Below are positions 19,366 to 27,037 of a DNA stretch of 64,000 nucleotides, one piece after another (position 1 is the first letter of the stretch; every line of letters begins with the position of its first letter). Made by a program: the position numbers and the translations under genes. This DNA comes from an uncultured Gemmatimonadaceae bacterium (lineage in GTDB: Bacteria > Gemmatimonadota > Gemmatimonadetes > Gemmatimonadales > GWC2-71-9): NCBI GenBank assembly GCA_964598655.1, contig CAZRCT010000002.1:904-64903 (forward strand). The letters are read 5' to 3'. A model generated the notes under the pieces. It was not told where the DNA came from, searched no databases, and saw only the letters and a list, made by a program, of their open reading frames with translations.

Positions 19366-21992
19366 CCACCGCCAGAGGCACCCCCGCACCGCCCCGCCGC
19401 CCGCGCCGCTGGCTCCTGTGGAGCTGGCTGGCGCTGCTCGCGGCCTCCACCGTGGTGCGCCACCTGCGCCCGGCGCCCCACCGGCCCGCGCCGGACGAAC
19501 TGGCCCAGGTGGTGGGTGCCGTGCGCGACACGGCGATGGGGCCCACCCCCGTCACCATCGCCTACCGGCGCTTCGGCCCCCGGGCCGACTCGGCCCACCA
19601 GGCCCCGGTCGTCCTGCTGGTGCACGGCAGCCCCGGTGACAACGACGAGGTCACCGGCATCGCCGCCCTCCTGGGCCAGCGCTACCAGACGCTGGCGCCC
19701 GACCTGCCCGGCTTCGGCGGCTCCACGTGGGACGTGCCCGACTACTCCATCCGCGCCCACGCCCGCTACCTGCTGGCGCTGCTCGACAGCCTGCACGTGG
19801 CCCAGGTGCACCTGGTGGGCTTCAGCATGGGGGGCGGGGTGGTGCTGGAGCTGGAGGCGCTGGCGCCGGGGCGGGTCCGCTCCATCACGATGCTCGCCGC
19901 CATCGGCGCGCAGGAATATGAGCTCCTCGGTGACTATCACCTGAACCACGCCCTCCACCTGGCACAGCTCGCGGGGCTCACCGTGCTGCGCGAGCTGGTG
20001 CCCCACTTCGGCTGGCTGGACGACGCCGTGCTCTCGGTGCCCTACGCTCGGAACTTCAGCGACACCGACCAGCGTCCGCTCCGCGGCATCCTCGCCGGAT
20101 ACCCCGGCCCGATGCTCATCCTGCACGGTGCGCACGACGTGCTGGTGGCCCCCGCCGCCGCGCGCGAGCACGCCCGCCTCGTCCCCCAGGCCGAGCTCCG
20201 GATGAACGACGGCGACCACTTCGCCGCCTTCCTCACGCCCGAGCCCGTGGCCGAGGCGATCGGGGACTTCATCGGGCGGGTGGAGGCGGGCACCGCCACC
20301 ACCCGCGCCACCGCGGACCCGGCGCGCCTCGCGGCCGCGGCGCGCCCCTTCGACCGCGCCACCATCCCGAAGGCCGAGGGCTTCGCGCTGGTGCTGGTGC
20401 TGGTGCTGCTGGCGCTCTCCACGCTCATCAGCGAGGACCTCACCTGCATCGCGGCCGGGCTCATGGTGGCCAACGGCACGCTGCCCTACCTCCCCACCAC
20501 TATCGCCTGCTTCGTCGGGATCTTCGGCGGCGACCTGCTCGTGTTCCTGGCGGGCCGGACCTTCGGCCGCGCGGTGCTGGGGCGGGCACCGATCCGCTGG
20601 TTCCTGTCGCCGGAGGCCGTGGCCCTCGGGGCGCGCTGGGTGGACCGGCAGGGGGCACGCCTGGTGTTCACCACGCGGTTCCTTCCCGGCACGCGGCTGC
20701 CCGCCTACTTCGCCGCGGGGATGCTCGGCACGGGACTCGGGCGGTTTGCGCTCTACTTCTTCCTCGCCTGCGCGCTCTGGACCCCGTTCCTGGTGGCGCT
20801 CTCGGCGGCCTTTGGTGAGGCAGTCCAGGCGGTCCTCGAGGGGCTGGCGCGCCACACGGGGCTCTACCTGCTGGTCACCGGGGTCACGCTCTTCCTCCTC
20901 CTCAAGCTCGTCATCCCGCTCTTCAGCCATCGCGGGCGCCGGCTGCTGGTGGGCCGCTGGCGCCGCCTCACGCGCTGGGAGTTCTGGCCGAGGTGGGCCT
21001 TCTACCCGCCGGTGGTGGTGTACGTGCTCTGGCTGGCCGTGCGCCACCGCGGGCTCCTGCTCTTCACCGCGGTGAACCCGGGGATTCCGGGCGGCGGGGT
21101 CGTGGGGGAATCAAAGTCGGGGATCCTGCGCGGACTGGCGGGCGCGGGCGAGCGCGTGGCGCCGTGGGAGCTCATCCCGGGCACCCTGCCGCCGGAGGCG
21201 CGCGTGCGCCAGGCACTGGCCTTCGGCGCACGGTGCGCCGCCGCCTGGCCGCTCGTCCTCAAGCCGGACATCGGGGAGCGCGGCTCCGGGGTGGCGGTGG
21301 TGCGGTCCCCCGAGGAGGTCACCGCCTACCTGACCCACGCCCGGGGCGACACCATCGTGCAGGCGTACGCGCCGGGCCAGGAGTTCGGGGTCTTCTACCT
21401 GCGCCATCCCGACTGGGAGCGGGGCCGGATCTTCTCCGTCACCGAAAAGCGCTTCCCCACCGTCACCGGCGACGGCCGGCGCGACATCGAGACGCTCATC
21501 CTCGACGACGCGCGCGGCGTCTGCATGGCGCCCTTCTACCTTGCGAGGCACGGCCATCACCTGGACGAGGTCCTCCCCGCCGGGCAATCGCTGCAGCTCG
21601 TGGAACTCGGCACCCATTGCCGCGGGGCGGTGTTCCTCGACGGCGGCTGGGTGGTGACCCCGGCGCTCGAGGCCGAGATCGACCGCCTCAGCCGCACCTT
21701 CGACGGCTTCCTCTTTGGCCGCTACGACATCCGGACGCCGGACGTGGCGGCCTTCCAGCGGGGCGAGTGCTACCAGGTGGTGGAACTGAACGGGGCCACC
21801 GCCGAGGCCACCTCGATCTACGACCCGAAGAACGGACTGCTGGCGGCCTACCGCACGCTCTTCGAGCAATGGCGCCTCCTCTTCGAGATCGCCGCGGCCA
21901 ACCGGGCGCGCGGCGTCCGGCCTTGCACCCCCGGCGCACTGCTGGCGCTGATCCGGCAGCACCGCGCGGCAATCCGGACGCACCGGGGGTAG
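19362..21992 (+). CDS. Tri-domain fusion: alpha/beta-hydrolase + DedA/VTT membrane domain + ATP-grasp ligase
   Basis: 876 aa; the GTG start overlaps the upstream stop (GTGA). Residues ~60-310 are an alpha/beta-hydrolase (LLVHGSPG, nucleophile elbow GFSMGG, late GDHF). Residues ~340-560 are multi-span and DedA/VTT-like (LISEDLTCIAAGLMVANG...FVGIFGGDLLVFLAGRTFGR...RFLPGTRLPAYFAAG). Residues ~600-876 are an ATP-grasp domain (WPLVLKPDIGERGSGV, VQAYAPGQEFGVFY, VVELNGATAEATSIYDP). Confidence 0.8.
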   Translation: MTTARGTPAPPRRPRRWLLWSWLALLAASTVVRHLRPAPHRPAPDELAQVVGAVRDTAMGPTPVTIAYRRFGPRADSAHQAPVVLLVHGSPGDNDEVTGIAALLGQRYQTLAPDLPGFGGSTWDVPDYSIRAHARYLLALLDSLHVAQVHLVGFSMGGGVVLELEALAPGRVRSITMLAAIGAQEYELLGDYHLNHALHLAQLAGLTVLRELVPHFGWLDDAVLSVPYARNFSDTDQRPLRGILAGYPGPMLILHGAHDVLVAPAAAREHARLVPQAELRMNDGDHFAAFLTPEPVAEAIGDFIGRVEAGTATTRATADPARLAAAARPFDRATIPKAEGFALVLVLVLLALSTLISEDLTCIAAGLMVANGTLPYLPTTIACFVGIFGGDLLVFLAGRTFGRAVLGRAPIRWFLSPEAVALGARWVDRQGARLVFTTRFLPGTRLPAYFAAGMLGTGLGRFALYFFLACALWTPFLVALSAAFGEAVQAVLEGLARHTGLYLLVTGVTLFLLLKLVIPLFSHRGRRLLVGRWRRLTRWEFWPRWAFYPPVVVYVLWLAVRHRGLLLFTAVNPGIPGGGVVGESKSGILRGLAGAGERVAPWELIPGTLPPEARVRQALAFGARCAAAWPLVLKPDIGERGSGVAVVRSPEEVTAYLTHARGDTIVQAYAPGQEFGVFYLRHPDWERGRIFSVTEKRFPTVTGDGRRDIETLILDDARGVCMAPFYLARHGHHLDEVLPAGQSLQLVELGTHCRGAVFLDGGWVVTPALEAEIDRLSRTFDGFLFGRYDIRTPDVAAFQRGECYQVVELNGATAEATSIYDPKNGLLAAYRTLFEQWRLLFEIAAANRARGVRPCTPGALLALIRQHRAAIRTHRG

Positions 21993-22102
21993 TGCCTGGC
22001 TGGTCGTGCCGGTTCCCTGAGAGGCGCGAAGACGTGGGGGAACACGGAGGCTCCTGCGCTCGGAGAGGGGACCCTGGTGACAGGGCTGGCCACGGTGCGG
22101 GA

Positions 22103-22125
22103 AACCACAGAGGCACAGAGGACAC
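22103..22125. repeat. Left arm of a perfect 23-bp inverted repeat (imperfect extension 22099-22140)
   Basis: AACCACAGAGGCACAGAGGACAC; the arm itself is built of tandem CACAGAGG units. Confidence 0.9.
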
Positions 22126-22252
22126 AGAGGCCACGGAGAACTCCCCGTGGATGGCCGGTTCACGGCAAGGTGAGCCCGTCGTGTTCTTGTGGGTGTGACT
22201 TCGCGCTTGGCAACGCACCCTTCCCCTCACGGAGCCCCAACACAAAACAGCC

Positions 22253-22285
22253 GAGCCCGGGTCGGCAGCGCGCCGATCCGGGCTC
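22253..22285. terminator. Strong hairpin inside the inverted-repeat element, related to the hypE/cysK hairpin
   Basis: GAGCCCGGGTCGGC, loop AGCGC, GCCGATCCGGGCTC: a 14-bp stem with one G-T pair. It shares GAGCCCGG.TCGG...CCGATCCGGGCTC with the hairpin at 14380-14412. Confidence 0.5.
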
Positions 22286-22303
22286 GATTCTTCCGTGACC
22301 TCG

Positions 22304-22326
22304 GTGTCCTCTGTGCCTCTGTGGTT
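22304..22326. repeat. Right arm of the 23-bp inverted repeat (imperfect extension 22288-22327)
   Basis: GTGTCCTCTGTGCCTCTGTGGTT is the exact reverse complement of 22103-22125. Confidence 0.9.
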
Positions 22327-22392
22327 CTGCGGTTGCGGCTCCTCCACCATCGGCGCGGCTGGGTTGGGTCCCGGAGCCACCGAGCCACGCCC

Positions 22393-22959
22393 CTAGTCCG
22401 GCACCCAGAACCCTTCCGGGCAGTGCCGCCGCACAAAGGCCTCGCCGGACGGCGTGAACGGCCGGCGCCAGCCGAAGCTCATGATGCGCTGCCCCACCTG
22501 CTCGCTCGCCACCTTGAGGAGGCGGGTGGCGAGGCCCTTGCCATGATGATCCGCACTGGTCCAGATGCCCTCGACCGTCCAGCTCGTCATGGGGGCCACC
22601 GGGGTGGAGGGGCGGCGCTCGGCGTCGTAGTCGTCCCACGACCACCAGCCCCAGCGCGGGCGCGCCCGCAGCACGGCGAGGCCCACCGCCATGCCGCCCT
22701 CCCGGGCCACGAAGACCCGGGTGTCGGGATCGGTGTCGGCGGCGGTGTAGGCCGGGGTGTGGAACGGGGTGTCGCGCATGGCGCGCAGCGCCACGGCGGC
22801 GGCGGCTTCGCGCGCGGCGGCCGCAGAGGCGCCGGTCACCAGCAGCACCTCCACCCCGTCCCAGCGCGCCAGGACTGCTTCCCCCGACAGCGCGGGGACG
22901 GGCACGGTCTCGCTCGGGTCGTGGCTCATGCTTCCAATGATAAGCACGCGCGGGGTCAT
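22393..22959 (-). CDS. GNAT-like acetyltransferase (weak assignment)
   Basis: 188 aa. The C-terminal half has a GNAT-style acetyl-CoA loop (ADHHGKGLATRLLKVA). No stronger motif was recognised. Confidence 0.5.
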   Translation of the reverse strand: MTPRVLIIGSMSHDPSETVPVPALSGEAVLARWDGVEVLLVTGASAAAAREAAAAVALRAMRDTPFHTPAYTAADTDPDTRVFVAREGGMAVGLAVLRARPRWGWWSWDDYDAERRPSTPVAPMTSWTVEGIWTSADHHGKGLATRLLKVASEQVGQRIMSFGWRRPFTPSGEAFVRRHCPEGFWVPD

Positions 22960-22992
22960 GTGGCGAGCGCCGGCCTGACGTACCTTCTTCCC

Positions 22993-23259
22993 ATGCTCCT
23001 CATGGACCGAGAGAACCTGCTAGTCCCGGGCTGGTCCCACGTGCTCTCCACCACCAACGACCTGGCCGAGCTCGACGCGCTGCGCCGGCGGGTCGGCGCA
23101 CCGCCGCAGGCCCTGCACCGGCGGGACGGACGGCCGCACCTGGACCTCAAGCTCGTGCCCCGGGAACTGGCCCTGCTGGACCCGGACGTCGAGGTCTTCC
23201 CCGACACCCGGGCGCTGCTCCGCGCCTGGACCGCCGCCCAGCCCCGGACCCCGCGCTGA
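22993..23259 (+). CDS. Small DUF4031-like protein (weak assignment)
   Basis: 88 aa from the ATG at 22993 (MLLMDRENLLVPGWSHVLSTTNDLAELDALRRRVGAP...GRPHLDL). The W.H....-..EL.A.A.R.G and PH.D. pattern resembles DUF4031. The tracked ORF start (22189) lies in the noncoding repeat region. Confidence 0.4.
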   Translation: MLLMDRENLLVPGWSHVLSTTNDLAELDALRRRVGAPPQALHRRDGRPHLDLKLVPRELALLDPDVEVFPDTRALLRAWTAAQPRTPR

Positions 23260-23540
23260 GCCGTCCGGGGCCCGCCTGCCAAGGCCCCGGCGCGTGGCGG
23301 CGCCGCCACAACAGTGGAGCTGTCGGGAACACTCCATCGTCAGCTCCATCCCCGTGCCGCCACCCAAGTGCTTGTCCCACGGCCACTTCGCCGTGGCCCG
23401 GATTCCGGCCCCGGGCCGGTGACCCGGCGCACAGGTCGGCCCGGTCCATGCGTTGAGGAGGGCACTCCCCCGGGGGCCGCAGGGCCGGGTCCCACCGGGG
23501 GTCAGCCAGTACTCCCCTTTCCTCCCGTGAGGATCGCGAC

Positions 23541-24383
23541 ATGCTTGATCGTTCGACCTGGCGCCACCTCGCCGCCATCCCCGCGCTCGCGCTCCTCGGC
23601 GCCTGCGCCGGCGAGCAGGTGGCCGACCCCAGCCTGCCGGCCGTCAAGACGGCCAGCATCTCCGGCATCCCGACGCCCGTGCGCGGCAGCGTCGTGGTCT
23701 GCAAGGAGGGCACCGACGCCTCCTTCAACGCCACGTTCGACAACGTCGCCGAGCCGGGCTTCTCGCTGACCAACGGCGAGTGCCAGACGGTGAAGAGCTA
23801 CACCGGCGGCTTCCGCAAGTGGTTCGACGTGCAGGAGCTGGTGCCCGCCAACACCACGCTCGATTCCATCCTGGTGTACGACGTGTACGGCCCCACGGCG
23901 CCGGGCAGCGTCCTGACCTACAGCACCTCCAAGGTGGTGGGCGCCACGCACGCCGGCACCTGGGTGGGCCTCGAGTTCGGCAGCGTGGTCGTGTTCTACA
24001 ACACCTACACCCCGCCGCCGCCGCCCCCGCCCCCGCCCGGTGGCGGTGAGGGCTGCACCCCGGGCTACTGGAAGCAGTCGCAGCACTTCGACAGCTGGGT
24101 GGGCTACACCCCGACCCAGACCTTCAGCTCCGTCTTCGGCTGGAACGGGTTCGGCAGCATGACCCTGCTCGACGTGCTGGGTCAGGGCGGCGGCGGCACC
24201 AAGGCGCTCGGCCGCCACACCGTGGCCGCGCTGCTCAACTCCGCCAGCAACTCGGGCGTGAGCTATGACCTCACCACGCAGCAGGTGATCACCGGCTTCA
24301 ACGCGGCGGTCAACGGCGGCGACGTCGAGGGCCAGAAGAACATCTTCGCCGGGTACAACGAGCAGGGCTGCCCGCTCAACTGA
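23541..24383 (+). CDS. Lipoprotein of unknown function with a poly-proline linker
   Basis: It has a lipobox (ALALLGAC) and an N-terminal domain. A P9 run plus GGGEG (coded about 24016-24050) is followed by a C-terminal domain bracketed by two Cys (GCTPGYWKQSQHFDSW ... EQGCPLN). Confidence 0.6.
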   Translation: MLDRSTWRHLAAIPALALLGACAGEQVADPSLPAVKTASISGIPTPVRGSVVVCKEGTDASFNATFDNVAEPGFSLTNGECQTVKSYTGGFRKWFDVQELVPANTTLDSILVYDVYGPTAPGSVLTYSTSKVVGATHAGTWVGLEFGSVVVFYNTYTPPPPPPPPPGGGEGCTPGYWKQSQHFDSWVGYTPTQTFSSVFGWNGFGSMTLLDVLGQGGGGTKALGRHTVAALLNSASNSGVSYDLTTQQVITGFNAAVNGGDVEGQKNIFAGYNEQGCPLN

Positions 24384-24406
24384 GCGCACCCTGGTCGGGG
24401 CAGGAC

Positions 24407-24438
24407 CGCGGGGGCCTTCCACACGGGAGGCCCCCGCG
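24407..24438. terminator. Bidirectional terminator hairpin between the convergent lipoprotein gene and the FAD oxidase gene
   Basis: CGCGGGGGCCTTCC (24407-24420), loop ACAC, GGGAGGCCCCCGCG (24425-24438): a 14-bp stem including one G-U pair. Confidence 0.7.
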
Positions 24439-24442
24439 CTGC

Positions 24443-25576
24443 TTAGCGCCGGGGCAGGAACCGTGCGGGGGCGAAGGGCGCCAGGTCGAAGCCGGCGGAC
24501 TCGCCGCACGCGAGCCGTGCCAGGACTTCCCCGAGCGTCGGGGCGAACTTGAATCCGTGGCCGCTGCAGGCACTCGCCAGCAGGACGCGCGGCTCGTCGG
24601 GGACGGGCCCCAGCACGAAGTCGTGGTCGGGGGTGTTGGTGTAGAGGCAGGTCACGGCGTCGGCGGGGTCGGGCCCGAGACCGGCCAGGTGGCGCGCGGC
24701 CAGGTCGCGGATGTCGGCCCGTTCCCCGGCGGCGATGGTGCGCTCCACCGCGTCGGCATCGGTGAGCCGGCCCTCGTGGTGGTGCGCCACCTTCACGCCC
24801 GCGCCCTGGTCGGGGATGCCGTAGAAGTACCGCCCCGGCTCCCACTCCCAGAGGAAGACGGGCGCCGTGCCCGCCCGCCAGGTCTCCGCGTGGCGCGGCC
24901 GGAACCACCACATCACCTGCCGCTCCACGGCCAGCGGCACCGTGCCGCGCACCAGCCGGGGCATCCACGCGCCCGCCGCTAGGATCACCCGCTCCGCCTC
25001 GAGCGGGCCCGACGGCGTGGCGAGCCGGAGCACGCCGGGCTCGTTGCCGATCCCGGTGAGCGGGCACTCGGGGAGGATGGTGGCGCCGGCGGCGGCCGCG
25101 AGCCCGAGCGCGCCGGCGATGCACGCCTCGGGGTCGAGGATGCCCGCCAGCGGCTCGTGGAGGCCCTCGATGGCGTCCCCGACCTGGAACTGGGGGAAGC
25201 GGCGGCGGAGCTCCGCGGCGCGCAGCCGCTCGTGCGCCAGGCCATGGGCCCGGGCGCTCGCCTCGGCGCCGGCCACCAGCGTCCCCGCCGCGGGGCCCAG
25301 CATGAGGCCGCCGGTCTGCTCGAGCAGCGGCTGGCCCGTGTCGTGGGCCAGCGCCACCCAGCGGTCCCACGCATCCCGCACCAGCGGCACGTAGGCGGGC
25401 GACTCGTAGTATGCCTGACGGATGATCCGCGACCGGCCGTGACTCGAACCGTGGGCGTGGGGCGGCGCGAAGCGGTCGAGGCCCACCACCCGGAGCCCGC
25501 GGCGCGCCAGCGCGAGGAGGGCCTGGCTCCCGGTGGCGCCGAGGCCCACCACCGCGACGTCGTACGGGCGTGCCAC
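24443..25576 (-). CDS. FAD-dependent amine oxidase, monomeric sarcosine / N-methyltryptophan oxidase-like
   Basis: 377 aa with the dinucleotide fold YDVAVVGLGATGSQALLALARRG, then GSSHGRSRIIRQAY, typical of the SolA/MSOX family. Cys in SACSGHGFKF lies at the covalent-FAD position. Confidence 0.85.
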   Translation of the reverse strand: MARPYDVAVVGLGATGSQALLALARRGLRVVGLDRFAPPHAHGSSHGRSRIIRQAYYESPAYVPLVRDAWDRWVALAHDTGQPLLEQTGGLMLGPAAGTLVAGAEASARAHGLAHERLRAAELRRRFPQFQVGDAIEGLHEPLAGILDPEACIAGALGLAAAAGATILPECPLTGIGNEPGVLRLATPSGPLEAERVILAAGAWMPRLVRGTVPLAVERQVMWWFRPRHAETWRAGTAPVFLWEWEPGRYFYGIPDQGAGVKVAHHHEGRLTDADAVERTIAAGERADIRDLAARHLAGLGPDPADAVTCLYTNTPDHDFVLGPVPDEPRVLLASACSGHGFKFAPTLGEVLARLACGESAGFDLAPFAPARFLPRR

Positions 25577-25577
25577 G

Positions 25578-25919
25578 CTAGAGCCCCAGGTAGCGGTGGC
25601 GGTCCAGCAGGAAACGCTGCTCCTCCATGACCACCCGGAGCGGGATGCCCTGCTCCAGCTTCACGGCGACTTCACGCCCGTCGAGCCGGACCACCGTGCC
25701 GCGGACCGCCACCTCTTCCCCCCGGCGGAAGCGGATGGTGCCCGCCACCTCGTCGCCGACCTGAGGTGCCTCTGCCGTCCTGCCGAGGGCAAAGCGCATC
25801 CCCTTCTCGGAGACATCGATCACGTCGAAGTGATGGGATTGGACGTCAAGGCGCGGCCGGAGGCTGGTGGGATACGCCACCCGGTAGTACTCGCGGGAGT
25901 GCTGCCAGCCCATGGGCAC
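25578..25919 (-). CDS. Single-domain PilZ protein (c-di-GMP receptor motifs intact)
   Basis: 113 aa with RxxxR (REYYR), then DxSxxG (DVSEKG) 22 residues later. Confidence 0.8.
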   Translation of the reverse strand: MPMGWQHSREYYRVAYPTSLRPRLDVQSHHFDVIDVSEKGMRFALGRTAEAPQVGDEVAGTIRFRRGEEVAVRGTVVRLDGREVAVKLEQGIPLRVVMEEQRFLLDRHRYLGL

Positions 25920-26252
25920 CTACCAGAGGAGCCCGCTCCGCCGGAGGCCGGGACCGGCCGGCGCGGGGCTCGCGATGCGCTCCTGCCCAGCCTCGAGGTG
26001 GAAGGCGGCCTCGTCGCCGGTCACCCGGAGGACGCGGCCTTCCACCTCGACGGCGCGGTCGGCCGGGAAGTGAAGGGTGGCGCGCAGCACCTCGCCGATG
26101 GTGATCACGCGCTGGCCCGGGCGGGCCGTGCGGATCCGCATCCCCTCGGGGGAGAGGTCCACCACCTCGTAGGTGCCGAGGTCGGTCTCGAGCCGCGGGG
26201 CGGGCCGGCCGGCAAAGGAGAGGCGCGGGCGGGCGCGGCGGGCGTCTTCCAT
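25920..26252 (-). CDS. Single-domain PilZ protein, second copy
   Basis: 110 aa from the ATG at 26252 (MEDARRARPRLSF) with RxxxR (RARPR) and DxSxxG (DLSPEG) at the same 22-residue spacing. Its stop abuts the start of the next PilZ gene. Confidence 0.75.
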   Translation of the reverse strand: MEDARRARPRLSFAGRPAPRLETDLGTYEVVDLSPEGMRIRTARPGQRVITIGEVLRATLHFPADRAVEVEGRVLRVTGDEAAFHLEAGQERIASPAPAGPGLRRSGLLW

Positions 26253-27037
26253 CAGCGGGGCTCCGGGGCGTGCGGGTCGAGGCTGCGGGCGGTGTCGCGG
26301 GTGATCGCGGCACGGGTGTCGGGGGCCAGGTCCAGCAGGTCGAGACGGGCGCCCGGCGTCTCCGCCAGCCGCAGGGGCTGGCCACTCCCCAGAAGGAAAC
26401 GCGCCGGGCCCATGGTGGCAAGCAGCACGCCCAGGTGTTCCTCCGGCGGGCCCCACACCCAGCTGATGTCCCACCAGATCCGGGCCGCCTCCGCCGGGGT
26501 GCTGCCCCAGTGCACCTCCTCGATGAAGCCGCGCTCGGCATGCGTGATCACCAGCCGGAGGCGCGGATGCGCGCGGACCCAGGCGCGCACCATCCAGGGC
26601 GCCAGCTCCGGCGCCACGTCGAGGGGATGGCGCCCGCGCCCATCCTCGAGGCGCACCGCCGCCTGCACCGGCAACCCCGCCTCCGCGGCCGCGCCGAGGA
26701 AGCGGAGCATCTCACCGCCGACGGGGGCGAGCGCCAGGGGACCGGGGTCGGCGCGGACGGCCACGGCCCGGCGGTCCGCGGCTTCCTGGAGGTCGTCCTC
26801 CCAGTGGGGGAGGCCGGGGTGGATCACGGGGACCGGTCGGAAGCGCGGCTCGCGCGCGGCCAGCTCGTAGAGCCACGGGTTGCCCTCGCCCGGATCCTTC
26901 CAGAAGAGGCTCGGCAGGTGCGTCGCCCAGGCGGTGGTCACGCCCACGGCGTCCATGGCGCGGAGCACCGCGTCGGGACTCGTCCCGGGAATGCGCCGCC
27001 AGGGGTAGGCGCCGAGGAAGACGTTCACGTCGATCAT
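26252..27037 (-). CDS. Amidohydrolase_2-like TIM-barrel protein with a degenerate metal motif
   Basis: 261 aa from the ATG at 27037 (MIDVNVFLGAYPW). It is paralogous in layout to the upstream gene, but the first-strand HxH is replaced by NxF. The start overlaps the upstream stop (ATGA) and the stop overlaps the PilZ start (TGATG). Confidence 0.65.
   Translation of the reverse strand: MIDVNVFLGAYPWRRIPGTSPDAVLRAMDAVGVTTAWATHLPSLFWKDPGEGNPWLYELAAREPRFRPVPVIHPGLPHWEDDLQEAADRRAVAVRADPGPLALAPVGGEMLRFLGAAAEAGLPVQAAVRLEDGRGRHPLDVAPELAPWMVRAWVRAHPRLRLVITHAERGFIEEVHWGSTPAEAARIWWDISWVWGPPEEHLGVLLATMGPARFLLGSGQPLRLAETPGARLDLLDLAPDTRAAITRDTARSLDPHAPEPR

Noticed and set aside
18729-21047. 772-aa ORF antisense to the NRDE gene and the tri-domain fusion gene
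   Set aside because: The translation is low-complexity and Arg/Pro/Gly/Glu-rich. The sense strand carries clear hydrolase and DedA motifs and coupled start/stop overlaps.
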